Assembly (NCBI GenBank): GCA_043228905.1
Contig: JBHGNT010000022.1
Coordinates: 8,184,001-8,248,000, forward strand
Source of the DNA: Azolla caroliniana
Lineage: Eukaryota; Plantae; Polypodiophyta
Direction of reading: 5' to 3'
Length of the DNA stretch: 64,000 bases
The notes below the pieces were generated by a model that saw nothing but the letters and a program-made list of their open reading frames with translations, was not told the origin of the DNA and made no database searches. Positions 34,630-47,227 of the stretch are shown piece by piece; positions within the stretch are counted from its first letter, which is position 1; each line of letters starts with the position of its first letter. Position numbers and translations under genes: made by a program.

Positions 34630-36325
34630 GTGGTGGCGGGGTTGTCATTTGGGTGAGAGCGATGGTGGGTTGAAAGGGAACGGTCGGGGATTTCGGTGTT
34701 GGGATCGTTGCGGCGGGCGAGTTTATGGCGTCGAGGTTGCGGGGTGTCATCGGTGGTGGTGGGTGGGAAGGGCCGGGTAGTTGCGGCCGAGGTGGGGGGT
34801 GAGGGTTCGCAAGGTAGAGGGGTTGGCAAGGTGGTGTCATGGTATGGCAAGACTCGAACCCATGACCTTATGGTATATGGGTCGAGCTCGTAACCATCAC
34901 ACCATCTATTGTAATTCATAATATATTATTTTCATTTATGTTTTATTATAAGAAAGTAATGTATATTCCAGATTTCTCTGGAACATTCTAGAAGTTTCAG
35001 GATTACTCCTGACAACACTATAAAAGAAGGCACTAGGCATTATGTTGAACCAAATTGGTTCAACACCAGTCTTAAGCCTCTTAGCTGCTTGTACTTATCT
35101 TTTTCACATAATATATTAGCTGCTGTCATCATCTTTCTCTCTCTCATCTTCGCTATCTCTCTCCTCTCTTCTCACTTCCTCTCTCTCAGGAATCTTACGC
35201 AGTCCCGTCCTCTTAGTACTAATAGTACTGCTCTTCTTAGTACTAATTCCATCTCTGCTTTAGTACTATTCGTGACAGTTTGAACCAATTTTCTCTTTCC
35301 TCCAGCTTACTTCTCGTTCTCCCTCATCCTCCTACCCTTTTCCCACTACTATGGCTACTGTTAGTGCCCAAGAATATCAATCCGTTTTCTCCGAGTTATA
35401 GTGCCTAAAAGAAAAGTTTGTTGCCCTGGAACAAGAAAACCAACAGTTGATAGGGGGTCTGCAACAAATCGCTCTCGAAAAACAACAAACGCAACAACAA
35501 CATGGGGAGTTAGCATTACGGGTACAACAACTTGAGGCAACGTTGTCGTGAAGAATTTCGGCCAGAGGCGGAAACCGGGAAACATTGGCTACATCGGCGG
35601 GGTGCAGTGTGTGTACGCACCCGTGTATATTTAGTGTGAATATCGAGGGCGTCTTTCTGGCGCCGGAGAGTAGTCAAGTCGGGACAGACGATCCCATGTA
35701 AGTCGGGATTTGTCCCACATTGTACGCATCCCTTTCCTTGTTCTATAAAAGGAAGGGAACACCCTTTGTGTAAGGGTTGCCCATTTTGCATTAGAGGGTA
35801 TACCGTTAGGTTTAGGGTTACTTTCTTCTTCTTCTTCTTCTTCTTCTCCCCCTTCGTGTTCTGCTTAGGGTTTGCTTTGGCGGCTTCCTGTGCAAGACCC
35901 CGCTCGGCGTGACGAGCCGAGAGCTCCCCGACGGCGGCTTGGCAGCAGACGACTACTGTAACCTACCTCAGTCCGGATCGAAGCCGGGAATGTATTCTTT
36001 TTTTATATATATACATTTGCGTCTGTCTGTGTATATTCGCGTCGTTGTTGGCGTCGGGTGCTTACCCCTTCCTGCATTTCCTGTACATAAGGGTGTGTGT
36101 GCGTGTGTGTGCGTGTGTGTGCGTGGGTCGGTGTTAATCTCTCTCTCGCTCTCTCTCTTCGGTTGCTTCCAGTGTGTTTCTGGGATGCCCCAGAAACAGT
36201 GAAACACGACTTCCCACGCTCCATCACTCCCTAGTCCAAGACCCCCGTGGTCTCGCCTTTCTCCATGCACGCGCGTAACAACGCGACATATCTGGTGAAC
36301 CCGACGTGAAAGGCGGCAAGGGAGG

Positions 36326-37627
36326 ATGGAGTCGGAAGATGACGACCTTGCGGAGATGGTGGTCGAAGTGGTGTTGGAGTCGGCACGAGTGGTGATGAGG
36401 CGAGAAGCAGCGCAACAAGCGGTTGAGTGAGTGGTCGAAAGAGTCGGCCGTTTCAAGGGGGACAAAGTCCCACCTTACTTGGGAGCCTACAACGCGGAAA
36501 TGGAGGAGCGTGGCGTAGAAGAGGTGTTGAGTCTGGAGTTCTTCTGTCGGGTCGTGGCTGTCCGGATGCATGCGGAAATAAAGGAGCTCAGTGAGGCTCA
36601 TAGTTCGTGGGAGGCCTTCGAAGAGGCGCTCCTCAAGGCATACGGAGGACGGCCGAAGAGCCGGGGACGACACGACTTCGACCAGTGGGTAGCATCGGCA
36701 AAGACCCACCGGGGCGCGACGAAGGCATTCCGGGAGTTCGAGCGACAGCTTGCTTGGCTCCCAGAGCGGGAACAAGGTTTGGTGGGGGCAGACAAGGTCC
36801 TATTGTTCGTCCAATCGATCGACCGAGCGGAACGGGAGGCCATCGGGATTGAGCTCGAAGACGATGATGGGGCGAATGGGCTTACGGAGGACTGGTCGAA
36901 GGTCGGAAAGGTGTGCCAACGGCTAGACAACGAATGAGCCGAGAAGGCTAAGAGGAAGGTACGCGACGACGTGCCATCACAACGGGAAGAGGCCGAACGG
37001 CAAAGAGAGTCGGCAAGGGTCGGCGTTGGGGCCAGGATTGCGGAGGCGTACGCAGCTCTCAAAGCGATGCTCGAGGAAGAGGGAAGATCGAGGCCGGGAG
37101 CCGAGACCGAGGAGACGGACTTGCCCCACGCGATGACGGAAGATCGGTACGACGGTACCACGGGAGAGGGTGCGGAACAAAACGCCCTCTCGACTTGCGG
37201 AGATAGAACGGCCAAGGACAAGGCCGAGATACAGATCGCGGAACCGGATCATTGGGACCAGCAGTTTCGGGCGTGTCAGCCCGAGATCCCGGCCATTGGA
37301 GAAGCAAGCCCAGATGGGGCTTGTGCGATCGGTAAGAAGACGACCGCCGACCACGAAGAGTCGGTGGCTACGGACAAGGGCGTAAAACGGACGGGCGATT
37401 CTTTGTGTCTTCCCACACTTGCTTCCGAGACGATGGCAGTCGGGCCCGAGTGCCCACGTGAGTCCCAAGCGGAGGAAGGCGGCGACGAAAGGCCAAGAAT
37501 CACCGGCGAGACGATACAGGGAAGGAGTGGACGAAAGCCCACGGACCCGATTCCGGAGAACTCGGCATTCGGGCCCGTATGCCCATGTAAGACCGAGGAG
37601 ATGGATGGCGGTACCGAGGAGTCCTAG
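36326..37627 (+). pseudogene. gag: Gag-like ORF with acidic extension (TGA at 36428 and 36935)
   Basis: One frame: VVERVGRFKGDKVPPYL..SWEAFEEALL..LFVQSID..IELEDDDGANGLTEDW, continuing into the 36971 ORF. Confidence 0.75.
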
Positions 37628-38121
37628 CACGATGCCAGCGAAGACGGACGGGAAACGGCTTGCGAGGAGGCCGAGGACGGACACGGCACGAGGAGATCGG
37701 CATTCCGATGCGGATGGAGCAGAATCTGGTCGTGGATTGTTCGATCGGGGCCGGACTCGGCATAAAGGTGCCGATACGGGAGAGGGTGCGGGACGAGCCA
37801 CCCTGTTTTACATGGGGAGAAAGACCGACCGGGCGAAGGTCGAGAGTAGGAACGAGAATGAAAGCCAGTCCTATGGGATTCCTTACACCGATCCGACTGC
37901 AAGACCGAGTACCGGCGTAAGTCCTACGAGAGAGATCGGTGGTGACAGGAGAACGGGACTCGGCAATCCGGAGAAAGACGAACGGACCCGAGTGAGAACC
38001 GGGCGGAGCGGACTCCCGGATGACCATTCCGGGAGGGAGGAAGAGAACAAGGCCTACGAAGAGGCCGAGGAGGCGGTACGTCGGTACCACGGGAGAGGGT
38101 GCGGAACAAAATGCTGTCTCG

Positions 38122-39395
38122 GCATGCGGAAAAGGACGACCCGGGACAGGGTCAAGAAGGCGACGAACGCCCAAGGAGGATCCTTCACACCGGTTCTAGA
38201 GACTTCGGCAGTTGGCAACGCGGTCTACGTAAGACCAAGATACTGACGGTGGCGGCGAGGTGACGAAGGCAAGGGCTACGGATCGGCGGTCTACAGAGGA
38301 TCCTTCACACCGGTTCTAGAGACTTCGGCAGTCGGCAACGCGGTCGACGTTAGACCAAGATACTGATGGTGGCGGCGAGGTGACGAAGGCAATGGGCATA
38401 AGGAAGTCCGGTCCTACGGGATTCCCACACTTAACCAGAGACTCCGGCTGTTCGGCCAACGTGGCAACGTAAGACCGAGGGAGAAGGAAGGTGGCGGCGG
38501 GAAACGGGACCCGGCTACGCGAAAGACACGTGGAGAGTCCGGGAATGGCATGCGGAAAAGGACGACCCGGGACAGGGTCAAGAAGGCGACGAACGCCCAA
38601 GGAGGATCCTTCACACCGGTTCTAGAGACTTCGGCAGTTGGCAACGCGGTCTACGTAAGACCAAGATACTGACGGTGGCGGCGAGGTGACGAAGGCAAGG
38701 GCTACGGATCGGCGGTCTACAGAGGATCCTTCACACCGGTTCTAGAGACTTCGGCAGTCGGCAACGCGGTCGACGTTAGACCAAGATACTGATGGTGGCG
38801 GCGAGGTGACGAAGGCAATGGGCGTAAGGAAGTCCGGTCCTACGGGATTCCCACACTTAACCAGAGACTCCGGCTGTTCGGCCAACGTGGCAACGTAAGA
38901 CCGAGGGAGAAGGAAGGTGGCGGCGGGAAACGGGACCCGGCTACGCGAAAGACACGTGGAGAGTCCGGGAATGGCATGCGGAAAAGGACGACCCGGGACA
39001 GGGTCAAGAAGGCGACGAACGCCCAAGGAGGATCCTTCACACCGGTTCTAGAGACTTCGGCAGTTGGCAACGCGGTCTACGTAAGACCAAGATACTGACG
39101 GTGGCGGCGAGGTGACGAAGGCAAGGGCTACGGATCGGCGGTCTACAGAGGATCCTTCACACCGGTTCTAGAGACTTCGGCAGTCGGCAACGCGGTCGAC
39201 GTTAGACCAAGATACTGATGGTGGCGGCGAGGTGACGAAGGCAATGGGCGTAAGGAAGTCCGGTCCTACGGGATTCCCACACTTAACCAGAGACTCCGGC
39301 TGTTCGGCCAACGTGGCAACGTAAGACCGAGGGAGAAGGAAGGTGGTGGCGGGAAACGGGACCCGGCTACGCGAAAGACACGAGGAGAGTCCAGG
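38122..39395 (+). repeat. 426-bp tandem repeat x3 with an internal 120-bp sub-repeat
   Basis: Units start at 38122, 38548 and 38974; GAGGATCCTTCACACCGGTTCTAGAGACTTCGGCAG occurs twice per unit. Confidence 0.93.
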
Positions 39396-42337
39396 AGTGA
39401 CTCAAACAAAAGACACCCGAATTTCGGCAAGTATAGAAATGGAGTCCGGTCCTATGGGACCCTCACACTGATCCGGAGACTCCGGCAGTTCGGCCAACGT
39501 GGCAACGTGAGACCGAGGGAGAAGGACGATGGCGGCAGGGAACGGGACCCGACGACACGAGGTTTCGGAAGGAGCCAGTAGGGGCAAACACGGGGAGGTG
39601 TGTCGGGCCGGAAACGCACACCTGGGACGGGATAAGAGTCTCGCAAGTGGCCATTGTGGGCCGGATCAAAGCGTGACTACGGGACAGTATTCGGCACGGG
39701 CAGTGCCGAATGAAGGAAGCGAAAGACGGCACAAGAGAGGTGCCGGGAACGAGGTGACAAGTGCCTAGTGGACTACACAGGGTCGGAGTCAGGGGATGGC
39801 AAGAGAGGCCGGAGGAGGATCCTCCACACTCGCTTCGTAGATCTCGGTAGCTCCGTCAAAGTAACGAAGACTGACACGGCAAGCCGGGATGACAAGCTGA
39901 TGGGGGCGAGGGGACGACGGCTAGCGGAAGACTCAAGACCTGTTGCAGCAGCACGAAGACGGGAAGGGCCAAGCGGGCTACTATGGGGTGTTCCTCGGAT
40001 GTAAAGGACACCGGTATGCGGGTGAGCGGCGATGCACGATCTGGTCGGAAAAGGGCCGACAAGGCGTGCAATGAACCGGAGTACGGCACAGGCGGTGCCA
40101 AACAGCGGACGAGGGTATGTGGCACACGGAGGTGCCGGGGCGGAAAGGCGAGCGCGGAGAGGGCCGAAAAAGGATCCTCCACACCGTTCCGGAGACCATG
40201 GCGGTTCGAGCCAACACGGCAATGTGAGACCATGGAGAAGGAAGCTGGCGGCGAGAGGGCAGTGGCCACGCGAAACAACATGGGACGACAACCAGGACAT
40301 CACGATTGGACAACGAAGGCCAAGCGGGCCACTACGGGCATGCCTCAAGCGGAGGACATTGGGCATACGACGGGAAGCGGGGCGTTCATACGGCTGAACA
40401 AGGGCCAACGGAAGTACGCGTACTACGGAGATCGCGGTAGAGGACCCATCGACGGGTCGAACGAGCCTACAGGGAGGCGAGCGCAAAGGAAGACTCGAAG
40501 CCGACGGATCAATTCGGCAGCGAGCCGAGATGCGGATCACGGGAGACCGGTTTCTCACCGGTCGAAATCTCTCACCCTTCAACCAGATTTGGCACGTACC
40601 GGTGGACGTGTAGTTAGGTGGGGCCGGATGTCGTGAAGAATTTCGGCCAGAGGCGGAAACCAGGAAACATTGGCTACATCGGCGGGGTGCAGCGTGTGTA
40701 CGCACCCGTGTACATTTAGTGTGAATATCGAGGGCGCCTTTATGGCGCCAGAGAGTAGTCAAGTCGGGACAGACGATCCCATGTAAGTCGGGATTTGTCC
40801 CACATTGTACGCATCCCTTTCCTTGTTCTATAAAAGGAAGGGAATGCCCTTTGTGTAAGGGTTGCCAATTTTGCATTAGAGGGTATACCGTTAGGTTTAG
40901 GGTTACTTTCTTCTTCTTCTTCTTCTTCTCCCCGTTCGTGTTCTGCCTAGGGTTTGCTTTGGCGGCCTCTTGTGCAAGACCCCGCTCGGCGCGACGAGCC
41001 GAGAGCTCCCCGACGGCGGCTTGGCAGTAGAAGACTACTGTAACCTACCTCAGTCCGGATCGAAGCCGGGAATGTATTCTTTTTTTATATATATACATTT
41101 GCGTCTGTCTGTGTATATTCGCGTCATTGTTGGCGTCGGGTGCTTCCCCCTTCCTGCATTTCCTATACATAAGGGTGTGTGTGCGTGTGTATGCGTGTGT
41201 GTGCGTGGGTCGGTGTTAATCTCTCTCTCCCTCTCTCTCTTCGGTTGCTTCCGGTGTGTGTTTCTAGGATGCCCCAGAAACAATGAAACACGACTTCCCA
41301 CGCTCCATCACTCCCTAGTCCAAGACCCCCGTGGTCCCGCCTTTCTCCACGCACGCGCGTAACAACGCGACAACGTTGCAACAACAAGGATCAAGTCCCT
41401 AAGGATTTCATAAAGAGCCCAAGATTGAACTTCCTGTGAAATTTGATGGAACACGATCGCAATTCTGGGGATTCCTTAATCAGGTACGCTTAGTCATCCA
41501 GATGCATCCTTCCCGATATCCCACTGATGCATCTCGAGTCGGCCTAATAGGCACGTTACTTAGCGGCTCAGCCTTGGCATGGTTCGCTCCGCTTCTAGAA
41601 AAACAATCACCCTTGCTTAATAACTTTGAACATTTTATTGGTGAGTTTAAAGCCTGCTTTGGAGATACCGACAACATCAGGACGACGATCAAGAAGATCC
41701 GAAGATTGCGTCAAGGCGATCGTCCAGCCTCTGCCTACGCGGCGGATTTCCGTCTACTCGCCTCAGGTATCCCCTGGGATGATCAAGCCCTCATGGAGCA
41801 GCTTTGCTACGGCTTGCACAATGATGTCAAAGATTTGCTTTTAACCTTCCCCGAAGAACCAAAGTCTTTTACGGAGGCAATCAATCGAGCGGTCCTATGC
41901 GACAACTGCCTTTTCGAACGGTGTTCGGAACGTCAATTACAAATACCATGCTCTCAGCCGGAACCCACATACACCTCAATCACGGCTAGACCGTTTGCAC
42001 GCGATGTACCTCAAGCCAATATTCCGACCCCGATGGAGATCGACACCATGCGTCGACGCGGCCCGTTATCGGAAGAAGAAAAGCAACGACGACGTGCCAA
42101 TCGATTATGTCTTTATTACGGTGGACCAGGACATATCGCCATCAATTGTCCCCATAGGCCTAGAAGACAGGTAAATCAAATCGTCGCCTGTACTAAACCC
42201 GAGTCAATTCTTCCCTTCGGAGTGTCTGATAGTATTAATAGTACTAATAGAGTGTCAGATAGTATTCATAGTACTAATAGCCCAAGTATCTCAAACAAAT
42301 TTGAAATCCTTAGTCAATTAGATGAAGAGTTAAACGA

Positions 42338-45300
42338 TTGAGTCCAGCCAAAATAGGAGCCGTTTGGTTGGACAACAGCCCTAGATCTGTACAACCCATT
42401 AGTGGTTCCATTCCTTCCAAGCAAGTTAGCAATGTGTTCCTAGCCCAAGTCATTGTTAGTACTAAAAGTACTCCCCCAGTACCTGTCCTAGCACTCTTAG
42501 ATTCTGGAGCTAATTCCTGTTTCATGGATCGAAATTTTGCCCAAGCTTCTCAGATATCCCTAAGAAAACTTCCTTGTCCCGCATCTGTAGTAGTCATTGA
42601 TGGTCGTCCCATTGCTTCCAGGAATATTGTAGAAGAATCAGAACCCATTCAAGTTGTCCTAGGAAGTTTTGTGTGTGTAATATCATTTAATATAATTAGT
42701 AGTTCAGAGCATCCCATTGTCCTAGGATTACCTTGGTTTGAATTACATAATCCAGCCATAGATTGGAGAACAAGAGAAGTCCGATATCGACCACCCCAAG
42801 AATCTACTCACCGAGTTTCGACCATTTCACTCCATCAATTACGCGAAGAAGGACACAAGGAGGCAATGTTCCTATTTGCAATATCAGTACATCCTTCCAG
42901 CACTATTAAGAATGACTCCTCAGTACAACTTCCGACAAAATATCATCCTTATGCCGATGTATTTGACAAGGTAAAAGCCGGTACCCTTCCTCATCACCGT
43001 CCCTATGACTGTCCCATCGATTTACAACCAGGAACCGAGCCACCATGGGGACCAATTTACAACTTTTCACCCACCGAGTTAGAAGTCCTTCGAGCCTACA
43101 TAGAGGAGAACTTGGCAAGCGGGTTCATCCGTCATTCGAAATCTCCGGCCGGTGCACCCATCTTCTTTGTCAAGAAGAAAGATGGCTCACTTTGTCTCGT
43201 CATTGATTACCGCGGATTGAATAAAGTCACCATCCGGAATAGGTATGCACTTCCTCTTATATCAAGTCTTTTAGAGCGAGTTAATGGTGCCAAGTTTTTT
43301 ACCAAAATTGATCTACGAGGAGCGTATAACCTCGTGCGGGTACGACCGAGAGATGAATGGAAGACCGCCTTTCGCATGCGGTATGGGCATTTCGAGTATA
43401 CTGTTATGCCGTTCGGCGTAACCAATGCACCCGTAGTCTTCCAACACATGGCAAATGATATATTCAGAGACCTCTTGGATATTTGTTTGATCATCTATCT
43501 GGATGATCTATTGATTTATTCGAAGACCCAGCAAGAGCACGATTCTCATGTACTATTAGTACTAAAGCGACTCCGCAAGAATGGTCTTTATGCCAAGCTA
43601 GAAAAATGTAGTTTTGACTGCAAGCAAGTGGAATTTCTAGGCTACGTCATCTCCTCAAAGGGCATCGCCATGGATCCAGCTAAAGTCCAAACTGTACTAG
43701 AATGGCAAATTCCACGGTCGGTACGAGATGTACAATGTTTTCTAGGTTTTGCTAACTTCTACCGTAAGTTTATACAGGATTACTCGAAGATTATTTTACC
43801 CCTCACACAACTTACGAAGAAGGGCCAAACATTTCTTTGGTCCATTAAAGCAGATATGGCTTTTCGGCATCTTAAGAAAGCCTTTACATCAGCACCGATT
43901 CTAGCTCATGTGGATACTAGCAAACCATTCATCATGGAGGCCGACCCTTCAGATTTCGCCCTCGGTAGCATCCTTTCTCAACAAGGAGATCAGGAAGAGT
44001 TGCATCCGGTGGCTTTCCACTCGCGCAAATTCGATGTCGCGGAATTCAACTACGAAATACATGACAAGGAGTTATTAGCCATCGTGGATTCATTTGTGCA
44101 ATGGCGGCATTTCTTAGAGGGCTCTCCACATCAGGTCATTGTCTTTAGTGATCATAAAAATCTTGCTTATTTCCAGAACGCTCGTGTACTAAATTGACGG
44201 CAAGCTCGGTGGGCGCAATTCCTCACGCGTTTCGACTTCAAAATCATATATTGACTGGGGAAGCAGCAAGGAAAAGTAGATGCACTATCACGATGTTCAT
44301 ATCTTGCACCTCGTCCTGGTGATCCAACATTTGATAATCAAAAGCAAGTAATATTGGGACCAACACGATTGCACACGACACGGATTTTTCACACCCCGAT
44401 GGATTCACGGATTACCGATGACATACGTGCAAACTTGAAGACAGATAGTTTTGCTCAAGACATCCTGGCGCACATTGATACTTCTCAGGCATCCTGTTCT
44501 CAGTCTCAACAACCAGGTATTGACTACCGACAATTCGAATAGAATGATGGTTTGTTATTCTTTAAAAAGCGCGTATATGTCCCCGATTGCTCTTGTCGCC
44601 TTCAAATCGTCCAGCATTGTCACGACACCCATACGGCGGGACATTTCGGTAGTACTAAGACGTTGGAGCTAGTGCATCGATCTTTTTGGTGACCCCACAT
44701 GCGCCGTTTTGTCGACGACTACGTTCGGACCTGTGATGCTTGTTGTCTAGCAAAGATGCCACGACACCATCCATATGGCTTGTTGGAACCCTTAACGATT
44801 CCAAGTAAGCCGTGACAGTCTATTTGTCTTGATTTTATCACAGATCTGCCGGTCTCGCAGGGGTTCGATGCTATCTTAACCGTCTTCGATCGATATACGA
44901 AGATGGCACATTTTGTTCCGTGTACTAAGGCCATCACTAGCGAGGAAACCGCCGCCCTAGTCATGCGTGAGGTATTTCGGCATCATGGCCTCCCAAACAA
45001 TATCATCAGTGACCGAGGACCGCAATTTGTCTCCAAATTTTGGTAGCATCTCTTCAAGATGCTCAAGGTCTCTTGCAACCTCTCCTCCGGCTACCATCCT
45101 CAGACCGATGGGCAGGCAGAACGAACAAACCAAACGCTGGAGCAATATCTCCGGTGTTTCCTGAGTTATCAACAGGACGATTGGGCCGAAATTCTCCACT
45201 TTGCGGAGTTTGCGTATAATAATATTGTTCACTCCTCGACTCGAGTCTCCCCATTCTACACTTATACCGGTTCTCATCCTCGCTGGTCGGTGATCGACAC

Positions 45301-45910
45301 CCCAGAGCTACCTACCAATCCTCGTGCCGAGGATCATTTGGAGAGACTACGCAAGATCCAGACAGATCTCTCGACTCATCTTCGTCATGCTCAACAGACA
45401 CAGAAGACTTACGCGGATCGTCATCGGCTTCCCTCCTCTTTTGCCATCGGAGATCGAGTATGGCTCTTACGTCCTCACATCAAGACTACTCGACCGTGCA
45501 ACAAGTTGGATTATCGACGACTCGGTCCTTTCCGTATTACGGGTAAGGTTAATGATGTCACATTCCACCTTGATCTCCCTCCGCAGCTTTAGATACATCC
45601 AGTTTTCCATTGTTCTCTTCTTGAACCTTATAAAGCAAACACCATTCCCGATCGTGTTACACCACCGCCGCCCCCGCTGGAGTTGGACGCCGGCCCGGAG
45701 TATGAAGTTGCTGCCATCCTCGATTCCAAACTTATTCGCAACAAACTTTATTATTTAGTCGATTCGCTTGGTTATAGTCCGAGCGAACGCACTTGGGAAC
45801 CCATCGAGCATGTTGCCAATGCTCAAGATCTGCTTGCTGATTTCCACCGAAAGTATCCGGACAAACCCGGTCCGCAATCAGCGCCAACTCGTTCCACTCG
45901 TCGTCTTTAA
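42338..45910 (+). pseudogene. pol: Chromovirus pol with multiple stops
   Basis: LLDSGA, YLDD, RH, INT and chromodomain, collinear with 5378-8950. Confidence 0.94.
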
Positions 45911-47227
45911 GGGGGAGATAGTGTCATGGTATGGCAAAACTTGAACCCATGACCTTATGGTATATGGATCGAGCTCTTAACCATCACACCATCTATTGTA
46001 ATTCATAGGATATTATTTTCATTTATGTTTTATTATAAGAAAGTAATGTATATTCCAGATTTCTCTGGAACATTCTAGAAGTTTCAAGATTACTCCTGAC
46101 AACACTATAAAAGAAGGCACTAGGAATTATGTTGAACCAAATTGGTTCAACACCAGTCTTTTAGCCGCTTGTACTTATCTTTTTCACATAATATATTAGT
46201 TGCTGTCATCATCTTTCTCTCTCTCATCTTCGCTATCTCTCTCCTCTCTTCTCACTTCCTCTCTCTCGGGAATCTTACGTAGTCCCATCCTCTTAGTACT
46301 AATAGTACTGCTCTTCTTAGTACTAATTCCATCTCTGCTTTAGTACTATTCCTGACAGGTGGGGGGAGGCGGAGCTGGCGGGTTCCGTTGGTCACGCACG
46401 ATTGACTTGGTTGTGTAGTTGCGGGTACATGGGGTCGTGGTTGTGTTCTGATGTGACACATAGTGGAAGGTAGTGGACAAGGCCTGGATTTCGTTGGTGG
46501 TGAACTCGTGTGTCTGGAATTCCTTGACACGATTTGTGGTATCCTCAAGGGTGTCGAGGTTAGCTTCGATTGACACGTGGGTGATTGGGGGTTGTTTGTG
46601 TGCCGATGGCCATTCCTGTTCGCCTTGGTGTACCTATCCTAAGAAGTAGCGTTCGGGGAGGCGTAGGAGCTAGGGTTGGCCTGGGACAATTATTTTGCGA
46701 AAGTGTTCCTAGCAGCATATGAAGGGAGGGGCGGCGGGTCCGATGCTGAACTTTGCGCACAAGTAGCTAGTGAGGAACCACGCGAAATTGACTGTCGATT
46801 TGGGCCGTGTGTGCCATTCTCGGACCCGGCGGACAAGCTCATGAGCCCACTGGACCGGTTGCGGATCATGTGCCCACTTGAGGTACTCACCGGTGATACG
46901 GGCGGTGGCATCGGTAGATGCGGTGTCGCCGATTTGGGCAATTGCGCTACAACGGTCGTGGAGATGGAGAGGGATTTCGGTGTAATGCCAACCTTCGCGT
47001 CCAAAATATTCGGCGTAGGCGGCAGGAATGATGCTGGGGACAACCCTAGGGATCCTCGTGGTGCGGAAGGGGGCGCCATCAAGTGGTAAATGCAACGTAG
47101 CGCAAACGTCGGCCGCGGTGAACTAGAATGCGATAGGGGGGGGGGGGGGGGGGATCGCGAAAGCCTTCATGTCGACGTGGCCGATGTCAGGATTGTACCT
47201 AGTGAGGAAGCAGTTGACCAGCTCGGG

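Larger units (their letters stand above)
35544..41372 (+). mobile_element. Non-autonomous gag-only Gypsy (Phygy-like) element B, 4-bp TSD ACGT
   Basis: LTRs at 35544-36288 and 40629-41372 (TGTCG...CGACA); tRNA-Trp PBS at 36293-36310; ACGT at 35540-35543 and 41373-41376; no pol motifs. Confidence 0.93.
35351..42341 (+). pseudogene. gag: Chromovirus gag split into 35351-35543 and 41377-42341
   Basis: Homologous to 4224-5381; frameshift near the start; insertion at 35544. Confidence 0.9.
34835..46357 (+). mobile_element. Tcn1-like chromovirus copy 2, TSD GGTGG, interrupted by element B
   Basis: LTRs at 34835-35277 and 45922-46357 (several mismatches plus a 7-bp indel); TSD at 34830-34834 and 46358-46362; collinear with copy 1. 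Confidence 0.96.

Noticed and set aside
39773-40876. 367-aa antisense ORF and similar ORFs in GC-rich TE regions
   Set aside because: No recognisable motifs; it crosses an LTR boundary and is expected by chance in GC-rich sequence.
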